Assembly (NCBI RefSeq): GCF_004010195.1
Contig: NC_057754.1
Location: forward strand, 1,317,389-1,372,187
From: Chiloscyllium plagiosum
Lineage: Eukaryota
Direction: 5' to 3'
DNA: 54,799 nucleotides
Under the pieces are notes generated by a model, which saw only the letters and a program-made list of their open reading frames with translations, had not been told where the DNA came from and ran no database searches. The position numbers and the translations under genes were made by a program. Of the stretch, positions 1 to 12,385 are shown piece by piece (positions within the stretch are counted from its first letter, which is position 1; each line of letters opens with the position of its first letter).

Positions 1-167
1 GACTGTGTGCATGGTAACTCCGAGTGTGGGACACGGGGACCGGAGACTGTGTGCATGGTAACTCCGAGTGTGGGACACGGGGACCGGGGACTGTGTGTAC
101 GGTAACTCCGAGTGTGGGACACGGGGACCGGGGACTGTGTGCACGGTAACTCCGAGTGTGGGACACA
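1..167. repeat. 44-bp tandem minisatellite (~3.8 copies, truncated by window start)
   Basis: Unit gactgtgtgcatggtaactccgagtgtgggacacggggaccgg(a/g) starts at 1, 45, 89 and 133. Confidence 0.95.
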
Positions 168-759
168 GTTTTCCAATGCACAATGTTGCTGCCTCTGAAC
201 CAGTTTAACTGTTCTGGTTTTTACTGTGTGGGATTAGGGAGTTGCTCATAGCTGAGGGTTTGTGATGAGTGCAGGCTGACTGCTGGGGAGTTTGAACTCT
301 TGCTTCCAGCCCTGTCACCTTACCCAGCCTCCTCCATCTCCCTGATTTTGATGCTTTGGTTAGGTGAAAAGGGCTTCTGAGAGGTACACTGGTGCTAGCT
401 TTCTTTTGCTAGGTTATTCTGGGTTTCTTTGTGAATATCGAAGATGTGGTTGCTCTCAGTCTGCCGGATCTCTCGCCCTGAACTTGCCAGAGCTCCATCT
501 GGGGTGCTTCGGCTGCAGGACTGCGATAATCTGGCCTGGCAGGACCTGGCTGAGAGGGGCAGCTGTCTGGATGCTGGGACCCTTGTGCCCACAGGAGGCT
601 AACAGAGGAAACTCATGGTCTGAATCTTCCCGTGTTTTGGTTGGTGAGGGATGTCCAGGCCTACACTGAATGAAATAGTTCAGAAGGACTGATTGGTGAA
701 GGAATTCCCAATCCTTTACCAACTCCTGCCCTCCCCCAGCGTGATCTCTTTAAGTAGAT

Positions 760-856
760 GTATTCCTGATGAAGGGGTTTTGCCCGAAACGTCGATTTTC
801 CTGCTCCTTGGATGCTGTCTGAACTGCTGTGCTTTTCCAGCACCACTCTAAACCAG
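760..856 (+). mobile_element. Penelope-like terminal repeat fragment with hammerhead core
   Basis: CTGATGA(766-772)-aggggttttgccc-GAAAC-GTC, followed by the ctgctcc...ctgctgtgcttttccagcaccactcta tail that recurs many times in the window. Confidence 0.7.
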
Positions 857-979
857 ATACTGAATGGCTTGCTCTAACCAAGCTGCAGAGTAGAAATAAA
901 AGTAATCACTAATGTGTTACTAAATGGAATAAAACTTTGTTTTCAAATCTGTTCTTGAGTGTGTATATCTTCCAACGCG

Positions 980-1710
980 GTAAACAGAAGTTGCTGGAAA
1001 AGCTCAGCAGGTCTGGCAGCGTCTGTCGAGAGAAATTGAGAGTTAATGTTTCTGATCTGGTGACCCTTCCTCAGAGCTGATGGCATCTTTACGTCAATTT
1101 ATGTCCAGTGGGTGGGGATGGAGGGGAGGGGTTAAGGAGTAAACGATAGGTAGGGATGGAGCTCAAAGGGGGAGAGAACAGTGGGACAGACAAAGGAGTG
1201 GGTAAGGATCTGGCTGGGAGGGGGTTAGTGGGTAACAGTAATAGCAGACTCTGTGATAACCCAGGCCTGGTGTGTGGGGGAAGGGGGAAGAGTTCAGGCC
1301 TTAACTTTATTGAACTCTGTATCGAGTCCAGGGGGCTGTGGGGTCCCCAACTGCAAAATGAGGTGCTGAGCTTGACTGGAACACAACAGCGAGGCTGGCC
1401 AGGGAACAGGGTGGGGGGTGTTAAAGGGGACTGGAAATGGAGGGTCTTGTCTGTGGGAAAAAGGTCGATGTTCTGTGAAGCCCCCAGTCTGCACCTCGTG
1501 TCCTCAGTGTAAAGGAGAGCACATTGAGAGCAGCGAGAGCAGGATTGTGGGAAGGGCAGGTAAAGGGCTGCTTCACCTGCAAGGTATGTCTGGGGTCTTG
1601 GATAGCAGGGAGGGATGAAGTAAACAGGCAGGGTATTGCATCTTCTCCAATTGTACAGGAAGGTATTGTGGTGTTGCGGGGAGGTATTAAGAGTGGATAA
1701 AGAGTGGACC
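980..1710 (-). mobile_element. Penelope-like retroelement 3' fragment (decayed GIY-YIG endonuclease C-terminus plus terminal repeat)
   Basis: Minus-strand peptide ...HLILQLGTPQPPGLDTEFNKVKA resembles the PLE LGTLxPxGLN end; degenerate CTGAGGA...GAAAC core at ~1041-1077. Confidence 0.7.
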
Positions 1711-1718
1711 AGTGTGTC

Positions 1719-2331
1719 CTGGTGGTCAGAGCATTGTGTACAGGAGTTGGGAGGTCACGTTGCGGCTGTACAGGACATTGGTTAGGCCACTTTTGGAATA
1801 TTGCATGATATTCTGGTCTCCTTCCTATCGGAAGGATGTTGTGAAACTTGAAAGGGTTCAGAAAAGATTTACAAGGATGTTGCCAGGGTTGGAGGATTTG
1901 AGCTACAGGGAGAGGCTGAACAGGCTGGAGTGGTTTCCCTTGAACGTCTGAGGAGTGACCTCGTAGAGGTTTATAAAATCATGAGGAGCATGGATAGGGT
2001 AAATAGACAAAGTCCTTTCCCTGGGGTTGGGGAGTTCAGAACTTGAGGGCATAGGTCTGGGGTCAGAAGGGAAAGATATAAAAGAGACCGAAAGGGTGAC
2101 GTTTTCACGCAGAGGGTAGTATGTACGTGGAATGAGCTGCCAGAGGAAGTGGTGGAGGCTGGTATAATTGCAACATTTAAAAGGCATCTGGATGGGTATA
2201 TGAATTGAAAGAGTTTAGAGGGATATGGGCCAGGTGCTGGCAAATGGAACCAGATTAATTTAGGATATCTGGTTGGCATGGACAAGTTGGACTGAAGGGT
2301 CTGTTTCCATGCTGTACATCTCTATGACTCT
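1719..2331 (+). mobile_element. CR1-type LINE 3' fragment
   Basis: Encodes LYRTLVRPLLEYC..WSP..LERVQKRFTRMLPGL; ends in ctctatgactctatg tail. Confidence 0.9.
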
Positions 2332-2334
2332 ATG

Positions 2335-2947
2335 TGGGCATCTGAACATGAGGGTGAGACTACCTGTCATCTGAAGGGACACATCATCTGAGACAGAAAT
2401 ACCAGGCTGTCTCAAGAAATCTGCACGCTCTGTGGGAAAAAAAAAAGCTCCATCCATTTCTAAAGGTACAAGGTGCGTTTTGCGAATATTCTTGACACCA
2501 GAAAATGAGCGAGAAGGTATTTCAGACCGAAGAATTTGATGGAGAGAGGCGTTCAGAACAGCAGAGTTCCAGAGAAATCATCCCTGAAAGCAGAATCAGT
2601 AGAGGGGAAGTGAAGCACACTCTGTGTGAACTTTTTGAGAAATTAAGTTTTTAATTATTCTTATTAATTGGGTACATGTACATGAGACGTTGTTATTAAA
2701 ACAGCACTCGGTAGTAGTTAGGGAGTATTTGTCCCATTTGTTAGGAATTCTGTTAATTTGTTCACGGTTGGGAGTTAGATAAATAAATAGTTACTTGCTG
2801 ATTGTCGAGTGAGTGAAAGGTTTACCCTTCGTAACAGATTGTGGGGGTGAGAGGTCAGTTATACCCCTTTGTCAGATTACAAGGACAGGTGCCCCCTCTG
2901 GGGAGGGAGGGAGGAGGGTTAATCTCTCTAGTTCATGGTGTTGTTAC
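2335..2947. mobile_element. Possible LTR remnant
   Basis: Ends in ...tgttaca with an internal aataaa and LTR-like composition; 5' boundary and TSD not identified. Confidence 0.3.
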
Positions 2948-3307
2948 AAAACACTCTGGACAAAGTGAGTGGGGGTGGGGGGAGCAAGAATGTACCCAAT
3001 GCCCCCCTCATCCTGATGGCCACCTTTGTGTGTGGCTGCATCAAGCTGGACACCAAGTGCCACGAGGGACTGAGGTTCTACCTGTCACCAGTGTTGTGAA
3101 GGATGGGGGCTGGTCTCACCACAGCAGAATCCTATAAATAGTTGGGCCCTTCTGTACCCATGAATAAAGCATATATTTTTAAAAGATGTCTCAATACTGT
3201 CTGCACACATTTCAGTGAGAAGTATTCTAATGGATTTGATTTGATTTAGGTTCAAGTTTGTCATGTAGAGGGTTCATTAAGAATAGTACAATGTCACCAC
3301 AGAATCA

Positions 3308-4095
3308 GTGTGGAAACAGGCTCATCGGCCCAACAAGTCCACTCCCATCCTCCGAAGAGAAACCCATCCAGACTCATTCCCCTACATTTCCCCCTGACTA
3401 ATGCACGGAGCCTACACATCCCTGGGCACTATGGGGCAATTTCCCACGGCCCATCCACCCTAACCTGCACATCCCTGGGCACTATGGGACAATTTCCCAC
3501 GGCCAATCCACCCTAACCTGCACATCCCTGGGCACTATGGGACAATTTCCCACGGCCAATCCACCCGAACCTGCACATCCCTGGGCACTATGGGACAATT
3601 TCCCATGATAAAAACAATGACTGCAGATGCTGGAAACCAGATTCTGGACTCATGGGGCTGGAAATGCACAGCAATTCAGGCGGCATCTGAGGAGCAGTAA
3701 AATCGACGTTTTGGGCAAAAGCCCTTCATCAGGAATACAGGCAGAGAGCCTGAAGCGTGGAGAGATAAGTGAGAGGAGGGTGGGGTTGGGGAGAAAGTAG
3801 CATAGAGTACAAAAGGTGTGCAGTGGGAGAGGGACTCCCTGAAATTCTTGTAGAGAGAGGAGAAAAACTTTTTCAAGGCAGGATTCCTGGCTGAATTTCT
3901 GTGCTTTTCCAGCCCCATTAATCCAATTTCCCATGGCCAAACCACCCTAACCTGCACATCTTTGGGAGGAAACCGGAGGAACCCCATGCCGACATGGGGA
4001 GAATGTGCAAACTCCACACAGCAGCCCAAGGCTGGAATTGAACCTGGGTCCCTGAAACTGTGAGGCAGCCGTGCTAACCACTGGGCTGCCATGCT
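3308..4095 (-). mobile_element. V-SINE (HE1-like) with internal 53-bp tandem amplification and a nested Penelope-type fragment
   Basis: tRNA-like head at ~4040-4095; cacatccctgggcactatg repeats at 3415, 3468, 3521 and 3574; PLE end at ~3610-3915. Confidence 0.8.
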
Positions 4096-4589
4096 GCCTA
4101 CCTTGCGAGCAAAGGTACAAAATGCTTCTGTTATGCTCCATCGCAGCTGCTGCTGCCTCTATGGCTGCCCTTTCTCCAAAAGGTAAGGAAAACCGCTGCA
4201 CAAAAAAGGGGAAATGAAGAGAAAGGGAAGCAGATGGAATGGATGAGCCCAGGATCCTGCCTACTCCACCACCCCCATCTTGAGATGGAGTCATGGGTAA
4301 TGGAGGGTAAACCTTGAGGTTGAATTCAAGTGAGTATCAAAATGAAAGAAAGCTTAATTATATTGTACAGAACATTTACAAACGCTTTTTTCCTAATATA
4401 TTATGTCACGAGATGTGGGTGTCACTGGCTACGTGAGTATTTATTGACCAGAGGCAACCCCGTTGCTATGGGTCAGGAGTTACAGACCAAACCAGGTAAA
4501 GATGGCAGATTTCCTTCCCTAAACGATATTAGTGAACCAGATTTTTAAAAAAATAACAATCACTAGTGCTCCCGCGGACATCGTTTTTG

Positions 4590-4884
4590 TAGATTCCCTG
4601 CAGTGTGGAAACAGGCCCTTCGGCCCAACCAGTCCACACCGACCCTCTGAAGAGTAACCCACATAGACCCATTTCCCTCTGACTAATGCACCTAACACTA
4701 CGGGCAATTTCCCATGGCCAATTCACTTGACCTGTACATTTTTGGGCTGTGGGAGGAAACTGGGGCACCCGGAGGAAACCCACGCAGACGACGTGCAAAC
4801 GCCACACAGTCACCCGAGGCTGGAATCGAACCTGGGACCGTGGTGCTGTGAGGCAGCAGGGCTAAACACTGAGCCACCGTGCCA
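4590..4884 (-). mobile_element. V-SINE (HE1-like), near full length
   Basis: Reverse complement of ggcacggtggctcagtg...ttcgattcc head, central domain and CR1-like 3' tail. Confidence 0.9.
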
Positions 4885-4944
4885 TCAATCCAGCTGGAAG
4901 TCCCCCAACCCTGATGGACCTCATGTCAGGGTTCAAAATGGACG

Positions 4945-5560
4945 CTGAGATAATAGAGGCGTGGGTCGCCATTATCCAAAATTCCTGAGAGACTGGAGTG
5001 GTCCCTTCAGCTTGTAAAGGAGCAGGTGTGACTTTTCTACTGAAGAAAGGAGTGAGACAGAAAGCAGAAATCACTTGTTGCGGGTAAAATGCTGAGATCA
5101 ATTATCAAGGAGATCAAACCAGTGCACTTATGGAAACCTTCAGAGTAATTGGGCAGAGTCAAAACAGTTTGTCAGAAGGAATGTGTGCTTGACTTAAGTT
5201 CTTAAAGGGACTGACAGACAATATGGATAAAGGAGAAGCATTTGAAAAAGTCAATGTCTAAATTGGCAGCATATTCTCTGGGGGGGGGGGGCGCGGTAAA
5301 TTGGATGCAGAGGATGGGGATAAATGGGTCGTTTTACAGGTTGGAAGGATGTAACAGGGATCATTGGATAAAAGCAAAAGCAAAGCTGACCTTTGACAAA
5401 GGGTCAAGTTGCGACTCGAAACGTCAGCTCTTTTCTCTCCTTACAGATGCTGCCAGACCTGCTGAGATTTTCCAGCATTTTGTCTTTTGGGTACAGGGAT
5501 CACTGTTGGTTGAAGTCCCAGTGCTTTACCATCTATGTCCATGAAGAAAACAAAGGTATT
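4945..5560 (+). mobile_element. Decayed CR1-type RT fragment interrupted by a Penelope-type end (~5383-5490)
   Basis: Degenerate RT-like sequence; insert carries ttgacaa-agggtc..gactc-GAAAC-GTC. Confidence 0.5.
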
Positions 5561-6169
5561 TCTAATCAACCTGTCCATGGATGCTCTAACCTGGGTGTTC
5601 TGCACCAGAGGTAGGGAACACTACCACTGCACCACAAGGATCTGTTATGTAACCAATATATGGTTATTATATTGGTCACCGACAAATGTAAATTAGAAGT
5701 CAGTCATTTGACCCCTTGAGCGTGTTGTACCATTCAATATTTATTTCCCACTCCACACTCTTATCTACTCCCAAAATCCTTTGGCTGCTCTTAACAAAAA
5801 TCTACCTCTGCTGGACAAGTACACAATGACTCTGCCTCCTGAGACAGAGTTCCACATTGAAACAACCCTCAAAAGAAAACTTCTCATCCCTCTCTCCTTG
5901 AGGGACAATCTCATTATTTTTGATGTGGTTCTGGGCTGGCCTAACCCACAACAGGAAACACGTCCCACCTTGTAAAACCACTCCAGAAACTGTACTCGTC
6001 TATCCACTCACGACCTCGCGTTTCTAAATCTCGTCGAGACAAGCCACGTCCGACCAATCTTTCCCTGTAATGCAAACCCAGTCCATCCAGAAAATTGCCT
6101 CACACGCCTGTATCCTTCCTTAAACAGGGAGGCCAACATTGCACACAGTATTCGAGATGACAAACTGAA

Positions 6170-6810
6170 GAGATTTACCAGGATGTTGCCGGGTATGGAA
6201 TGTTCGAGTTATAAAGGAAGGCTGGGACACTGGAGTGTAGAAGGTTGAGAGGTGACCTGAAAGAAGTTTATAAAATAATGAGGGGTACAGATAGAGTTGA
6301 GGCTGGTTGCATTTCCCCCCAAGATGGGGAGCATTGTTAAGGTGAGGGGAGAGAGATTTTAAAAAGACGAGAGGTACATTTTTTTTACAGAGGGTGATTC
6401 ATGTGTGGAATGAGCGTCCTGAGGAAGTGGGTAGTTATGTTTAAAAGGCATTTGGATGGATATAAAAATAGGAAAGGTTTGGAGGGATATGGGCCAAGAA
6501 CAGGCAGATGGGACTAGTTTAGTTTGGGATTATTGTTGGCATGGACTGGTTTGGACACAAGGGTCTGTGTCCATGCTGCATATAGTCTCGCCCATGCTCT
6601 GTATAATTAGATTAGATTAGATTACATTACAGTGTGGAAACAGGCCCTTCGGCCCAACAAGTCCACACCGACCCGCCGAAGCGCAACCCACCCATACCCT
6701 TACGTTTACCCCTTACCTAACACTATGGGCAATTTAGCATGGCCAATTCACCTGACCTGCACATCTTTGGACTGTGGGAGGAAACCGGAGCACCCGGAGG
6801 AAACCCACAA
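6170..6810. mobile_element. CR1 3' fragment (+, ~6170-6590) followed by V-SINE 3' half (-, ~6610-6810)
   Basis: Similarity to other CR1 and SINE copies within the window. Confidence 0.8.
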
Positions 6811-7406
6811 ACCGTAACATCCCTAACCTTTAGGGTCATGGTCTCTTATGAGAGAAAATAGCATCCCATTAGCCACCTTGTACCCCAATGGATATAATCT
6901 GTGCAAGTTTGCAGTAGAGTGGGCTTGCTTCACCCTCTGATTTAATCCCAGCCCTCCCCTTCACTGTTCGATCACACAGCATCGCCCTCTGAGAAGGGCA
7001 CTGCTTGTCACCGGCCACTTGGGTGTTTCCTTTCTTCCTGATGGTGGTACATAAATAAAGGTTTACACACATGACATGGGTGCAGGGGGAAAATAGGCAC
7101 TACCGCTGTCTGGCAGTAGGGTGGGAAAATAACAAAAAAGAAAGCAAAAAAAAACAAACAGGAGTGTCAAGAGATTTTACTCAGAGAGCTGGCCCTGAGG
7201 AAGGTTAATCAGTGTCAAGGACTCTCCATGGGTGTAAATAAAGGATGGCTTGGTGATGGGACACTGGCCTCTGTGAAATATAAAAAAGAAAATCAAAATA
7301 GTGTCCACTCTTTTCCCATTCAGTTTTTAGTTTCAGCATACCTGTGTTTTGTACTAACTTACCCTCTGGAGACTGAGAGGGCAGTGGTGATCAGGCTTCA
7401 ATGAGC

Positions 7407-7788
7407 TGCATCTCTCTATTTCCCCCTCTCTCCCCTTCTCTGCATCTATTTCCCCCTCTCTCTGCATCTATTTTCCTTCTCTCTGTCTTGCCGTCTCCTC
7501 TCTCTCTGCATCTATTTTCTCTCTCTCTGCATCTATTTCCCCCCCTCTCTGCATCTATTTTCCTTCTCTCTGTCTTCCCGTCTCCTCTCTCTCTGCATCT
7601 ATTTTCTCTCTCTCTGCATCTACTATTTCCCCCCTCCCCTTCTCCGCATCTATTTTCCCCTTCTCTCTCTGCATCTATTTTCCCTCTCTCTTGTCTTCCC
7701 CGGTCCCCTCTCTCTCTGCATCTATTTTCCCCCCCTCTCTCTCTATCTTCCCCATTCCCCTCTCTCTCTGCATCTCTCTATTTTCCTC
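7407..7788. repeat. Pyrimidine-rich degenerate tandem repeat (ctgcatctattt-cccc-tctctct)
   Basis: About 9-10 recurrences of gcatcta in a C/T tract. Confidence 0.9.
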
Positions 7789-7854
7789 CTAATGTGCGTA
7801 AGGCGGCAGCTGGGGACATAAACCAGGGTTCACAGTGAACTCTTGACAAGGCAA

Positions 7855-7980
7855 AACTGAGGACTGCAGATGCTGGAGATCAGAGTCTAGATTAGAGCGG
7901 TGCTGGAAAAGCACAGCAGGTCAGACAGCATCCAAGGGGCAGGAAAATCAACGTTTCAGGCAAAAGCCCTTCATCAGGAC
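7855..7980 (-). mobile_element. Penelope-type terminal repeat with hammerhead core
   Basis: Minus strand CTGATGA-agggc-tttt-gcct-GAAAC-GTT at 7950-7977. Confidence 0.7.
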
Positions 7981-9120
7981 TGTGAATTCATGACAGGCCG
8001 GACTGTAGACCGAGGATCAGCACTGTACTCCCGTTTCTGAACACACACGACAATGAAGGCTTAATCTGAACCTGGGTAGGACAGCAGGTTTGTGAAGGCT
8101 CTGCTACAGGCAGGGCAAATGAGTGGGCAAGGATTTAGCAGATGGGAGTATAAAGTGAAAACATGTATTTGCTCATTTAGGCATGAATGGTTAAAAAAAA
8201 AGCATATTATTGAACAGAGGGGCAGAAATCTGTGGTACGAAGGGTCCACTACAAAGTTAATGTGCAGCCACAGCAAGTTATTCAGCAGGCAACTGGAAAG
8301 ATATAGGTTGTTGTAAGATGTACACATGGTTTTGCTACACCTGCACAGAATATTGAATATCTGGAACACTGCTCAGAGCCTTTGGTTTCCTTACTTAAGC
8401 AAAATTATTAGACACAGATCAGAGAAGATTAACTTTCACAAATCCCTGGATGAGGGGGTGCTTGGTTTATGAGGAAAGTGCAGGGTGTGGCCTGCACCCA
8501 GTCAAGTTTAGAATGAGGGCAGAGCTTACTCAAATGTAGAAGATCCCGAGACCTGACAGAGTGAAAGACTTGAACCATGGGACATCCTGGTAAATCACTT
8601 CTGAACCTTCTCCGGCTAGTCACTCCTCCAAATCTATCCTATTCATATATCCATCCAAATACTTTTTAAATGTAACGGTACCCACTTCCTCAGTTAACAA
8701 AGGAGGAGGAATTGTGTTGCAGCGTTGGGAGCGTGTGAAATTCCCCTCCCACAGAGCATTGGAGGACATTTAATGTTTTTGAAAGGTGGTGGTGGTGGAT
8801 TTACTTTTGAGTTGGGAATTGTAAAGGCAGGGCATGTGGAGTATAGAGAGCAGTCACAATAATATCGAATAGTTAATAAATGTGAAGTCATCCATTTTGG
8901 AAAGAATAACAAAAAAAAAGGACTACTACCTGAATGGTAGGAAGTGACAGCACACTGCTGTGCAAAGGGACCTGGGCATTCTTGTGCATGAACCAAGAGG
9001 TGGAACTAGGACAAGACACCATAACCTCAAAGTTAAGGGGAGTAGATTTAGGACTGAATTGAGGAGGAACTTCTCCACCCAGAGGGTTCTGAAGTAATTA
9101 AAGCTGCCCCAGTAAAAGTT

Positions 9121-9291
9121 GCTGTGGTTCTGTTCGCCGAGCTGGAAGTTTTTGTTGCAAACGTTTCGTCCCCTGTCTAGGTGACATCCTCAGTGCTTGG
9201 GAGCCTCCTGTGAAGCGCTTCTGTGGTGTTTCCTCCGGCATTTATAGTGGCCACGAGCACCCGAGCTACAAATCTTCTCACAAACTTTGAT
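9121..9291 (-). mobile_element. Short Penelope-type insertion with intact hammerhead core, flanked by an 11-bp direct repeat, inside a CR1 fragment (~8810-9120)
   Basis: cagtaaaagtt at 9110-9120 and 9292-9302; minus strand gca-CTGAGGA-tgtcacc..ggggac-GAAAC-GTT-tgc at 9157-9196. Confidence 0.75.
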
Positions 9292-9728
9292 CAGTAAAAG
9301 TTTTCAAAGCTACAACAATTAATTTCCTGTCCAAAAAAATTATCTAAGTGCTGTGGTGAGAGGATGGGTAAGTGGAGCTGAGGCTACAATCTCATGGAAG
9401 GGCAGAGGGCCAGATGGTGGTCTCCTGCTGCATTTACGTAGACTCCAAAGGCCTAACTTGCACCATTCTCCCACTTCCAAGCCCTCCGTGTTGGAGTATA
9501 ACAGCACAGTGGTCAGCACTGGTCAATAATCCCCAGAATCAAGTTCAAACTCCAGCCAGTTGCTTGGAGAAATTTGGATTTTATTTTCCTTTTAAATACA
9601 GTGAGTGAGTTTTTTTTTTAAAAAAAGACGACCATAGCACATTCCTTTAACCAAAGCACACTGGACGTAAGCAGTCTGATCAAAAAAAATGAAGAGAAAC
9701 ATGACGAGAGCTAAGAAAACATAGGAGT

Positions 9729-9734
9729 TTTATT
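9729..9734 (-). terminator. SF1: SF1 polyadenylation signal AATAAA (second candidate at 9782-9787)
   Basis: tttatt on + strand, followed on - strand by a U/GU-rich tract; ends a TE-free 3' UTR-like region. Confidence 0.6.
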
Positions 9735-11066
9735 TTGTGAACCCTGCACCCACCCCTCCCCCTACCGTTCCCCTCCCCCACTTTATTTTCTTTAAACATT
9801 TCACATCGAGTAAGAGCATGAGGAAACAAGAGCGTGGAAACATACCAGGGCTTCCAACCTCAAGCTCGAATTAAAAAGGTTAAACACACCGGTCCTGCGA
9901 GAATGTCACGAGACAAAAAGGTAGTTGGTTAAAAGGGACAGTAAACCCGGAACAGAGAGCCGTGTGTGCTGGAGGTCAGCAGCGGAAAGCAGCAGCTCTG
10001 GGGAACAGCCGCTGCTCGGCTCACGGTCTGGCAGTGATTAATAGCCCCCCTTCACTGTCCATCTTCTGGAAAGCAGAGGTTCCATTGCAAGTCCTGCGAT
10101 TTGGGGAGGGAGTTGGGAAGAGACAGGCCCCCTCTTAATCCTCCTTGCGGCCCCCTCGCTTGAAGCTCCACCTGAGGGAGTGGGGGAAGAGAACGGGAAA
10201 CACAAGAGAAAATAAACCGCGGCTCAGCGGGTGAGGGGGATCGGAGGGGTGGGGGAAGTTGAGAGCAACAAAATAAAACGCGATCGTCATGCAACGCTCA
10301 CCGCGGCAGTCAAGAATGGTTTACATCATTTCACAATAGCAAAAAAAAAAGAAACTCAACACAAGGTTTAAAAACAAGTCACCGGATGAGACAAAACACT
10401 GATCACAGCATGAGTTAGCGACGTACAGAGTGGCGGTAGCAACCTGCTTTTTTTAAAAAACAAAGAACTGGGAAGCCATCTTGGACGTACGTCTTCGTAA
10501 AGATTGCGGGGTCACGTGGTGAAAGACAGGATGGACTGTCGCTTTTTTTTTATTTAAAGAGAACAACTACACGGATGTTCGATCTCTCCTCCAGCTCTCT
10601 CCCATTATGCAGCCTGCCCCTACCATCACCACCACCACCACCACCACTCCGAGCAAGAAACAGCACGGGCAGTCACTCCAACTTTATACAGATGACGTCA
10701 ATGCCCAGTCCAGTTCCCTGGTGGACTCTCTGTAGAAGGTACTCAAACACAGGAGATAATCTCACGGGTGGAGGAATATACAGCACCAACAGCCCAGCTT
10801 CCACATGTTTCTCTCAGGAGAAGGGTAGGGGGACGGGGTGGGGGCCAGGGTTAAGGCGTGACCTGGAGACAGCGACTGCACCGAACCCCATTCCTTTCCC
10901 CCCCCAACCACAAATGACCCGCTGGGCAGCTTGCCCTGCGCCAGCACAAACAGGATCTCGGACTGCGCGTGGCGCCCAACTTGCTTTCCTCTTTATAACC
11001 ATCCGCAGCCCAACCCAGGGGCAGACTGATGCTTCAGAGACGCAGAGTAAGTGGTTCATTTACAAC

Positions 11067-11106
11067 AGAGAGAAAGAGAAAGACAGGGAGGGAGGGGAGA
11101 CAGAGG

Positions 11107-11138
<32 letters not shown>

Positions 11139-11171
11139 GACAGAGAGAAAGAGAGAGGGGGAGAGAGAGAC
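11067..11171. repeat. (GA)n/(GACA)n microsatellite in SF1 3' region
   Basis: Direct inspection. Confidence 0.95.
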
Positions 11172-11486
11172 AGTTCATGGTCTTAATACTGTTTCTACTT
11201 CAGGACAAGCCCCTCTTCACAACCACCGTCTTCATCTAAAGGCTCCGATCGGTTCTATCCCATCAAGGTGCAGAGGCTGTTCGCTAATTTATCTTTTTGG
11301 TTTAAAAACAGTTGCCTGTTTTCACCCCCTTTTTTTGATTCTAAAACGATAAAAAAAAAAGCACAAACGTGCCCTGGCAAGACAGGATGCCAGCGGGCAA
11401 CACTGCGACCCTGGCTCCCTCTAGAATGAATTCCTTTCTCTATCTGAACATGGTTCGAGGGTATCGGTATCGGAAAAAGGGGTGCT

Positions 11487-11630
11487 TTAGGTCTGGGGAG
11501 GGGGAGGGGGCGGAGCGGGGGGCATTCCAAAGGGTGGTATTCCTGGCACGCCCATCCCCATCATCACAAAATTGGAGGGGTCCATGGGCGGGGGAGGGGG
11601 CGGAGCGTACATCATGCCTGGCGTGCCGGG
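11487..11630 (-). CDS. SF1: SF1 last coding exon (exon 13), 3' part; 5' part lies in the N-gap
   Basis: PGTPGMMYAPPPPPPMDPSNFVMMGMGVPGIPPFGMPPAPPPPPPQT* matches the vertebrate SF1 C-terminus; TAA at 11489-11487. Confidence 0.93.
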   Translation of the reverse strand, partial: PGTPGMMYAPPPPPPMDPSNFVMMGMGVPGIPPFGMPPAPPPPPPQT

Positions 11631-12385
11631 NNNNNNNNNNNNNNNNNNNNNNNNNNNNNNNNNNNNNNNNNNNNNNNNNNNNNNNNNNNNNNNNNNNNNN
11701 NNNNNNNNNNNNNNNNNNNNNNNNNNNNNNNNNNNNNNNNNNNNNNNNNNNNNNNNNNNNNNNNNNNNNNNNNNNNNNNNNNNNNNNNNNNNNNNNNNNN
11801 NNNNNNNNNNNNNNNNNNNNNNNNNNNNNNNNNNNNNNNNNNNNNNNNNNNNNNNNNNNNNNNNNNNNNNNNNNNNNNNNNNNNNNNNNNNNNNNNNNNN
11901 NNNNNNNNNNNNNNNNNNNNNNNNNNNNNNNNNNNNNNNNNNNNNNNNNNNNNNNNNNNNNNNNNNNNNNNNNNNNNNNNNNNNNNNNNNNNNNNNNNNN
12001 NNNNNNNNNNNNNNNNNNNNNNNNNNNNNNNNNNNNNNNNNNNNNNNNNNNNNNNNNNNNNNNNNNNNNNNNNNNNNNNNNNNNNNNNNNNNNNNNNNNN
12101 NNNNNNNNNNNNNNNNNNNNNNNNNNNNNNNNNNNNNNNNNNNNNNNNNNNNNNNNNNNNNNNNNNNNNNNNNNNNNNNNNNNNNNNNNNNNNNNNNNNN
12201 NNNNNNNNNNNNNNNNNNNNNNNNNNNNNNNNNNNNNNNNNNNNNNNNNNNNNNNNNNNNNNNNNNNNNNNNNNNNNNNNNNNNNNNNNNNNNNNNNNNN
12301 NNNNNNNNNNNNNNNNNNNNNNNNNNNNNNNNNNNNNNNNNNNNNNNNNNNNNNNNNNNNNNNNNNNNNNNNNNNNNNNNNNNNN
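11631..12385. other. Assembly gap (755 N)
   Basis: N run. Confidence 1.

Noticed and set aside
364..935. Possible last exon of a + strand neighbouring gene (acceptor at 412, AATAAA at 895 and 928)
   Set aside because: No recognisable protein in any frame, and the signals are short enough to occur by chance.
7401..7838. 145-aa Leu/Ser/Pro ORF
   Set aside because: Translation of a pyrimidine-rich simple repeat.
10575..11186. 203-aa + strand ORF antisense to the SF1 3' UTR
   Set aside because: Low complexity, runs through a GA microsatellite, no recognisable domain.
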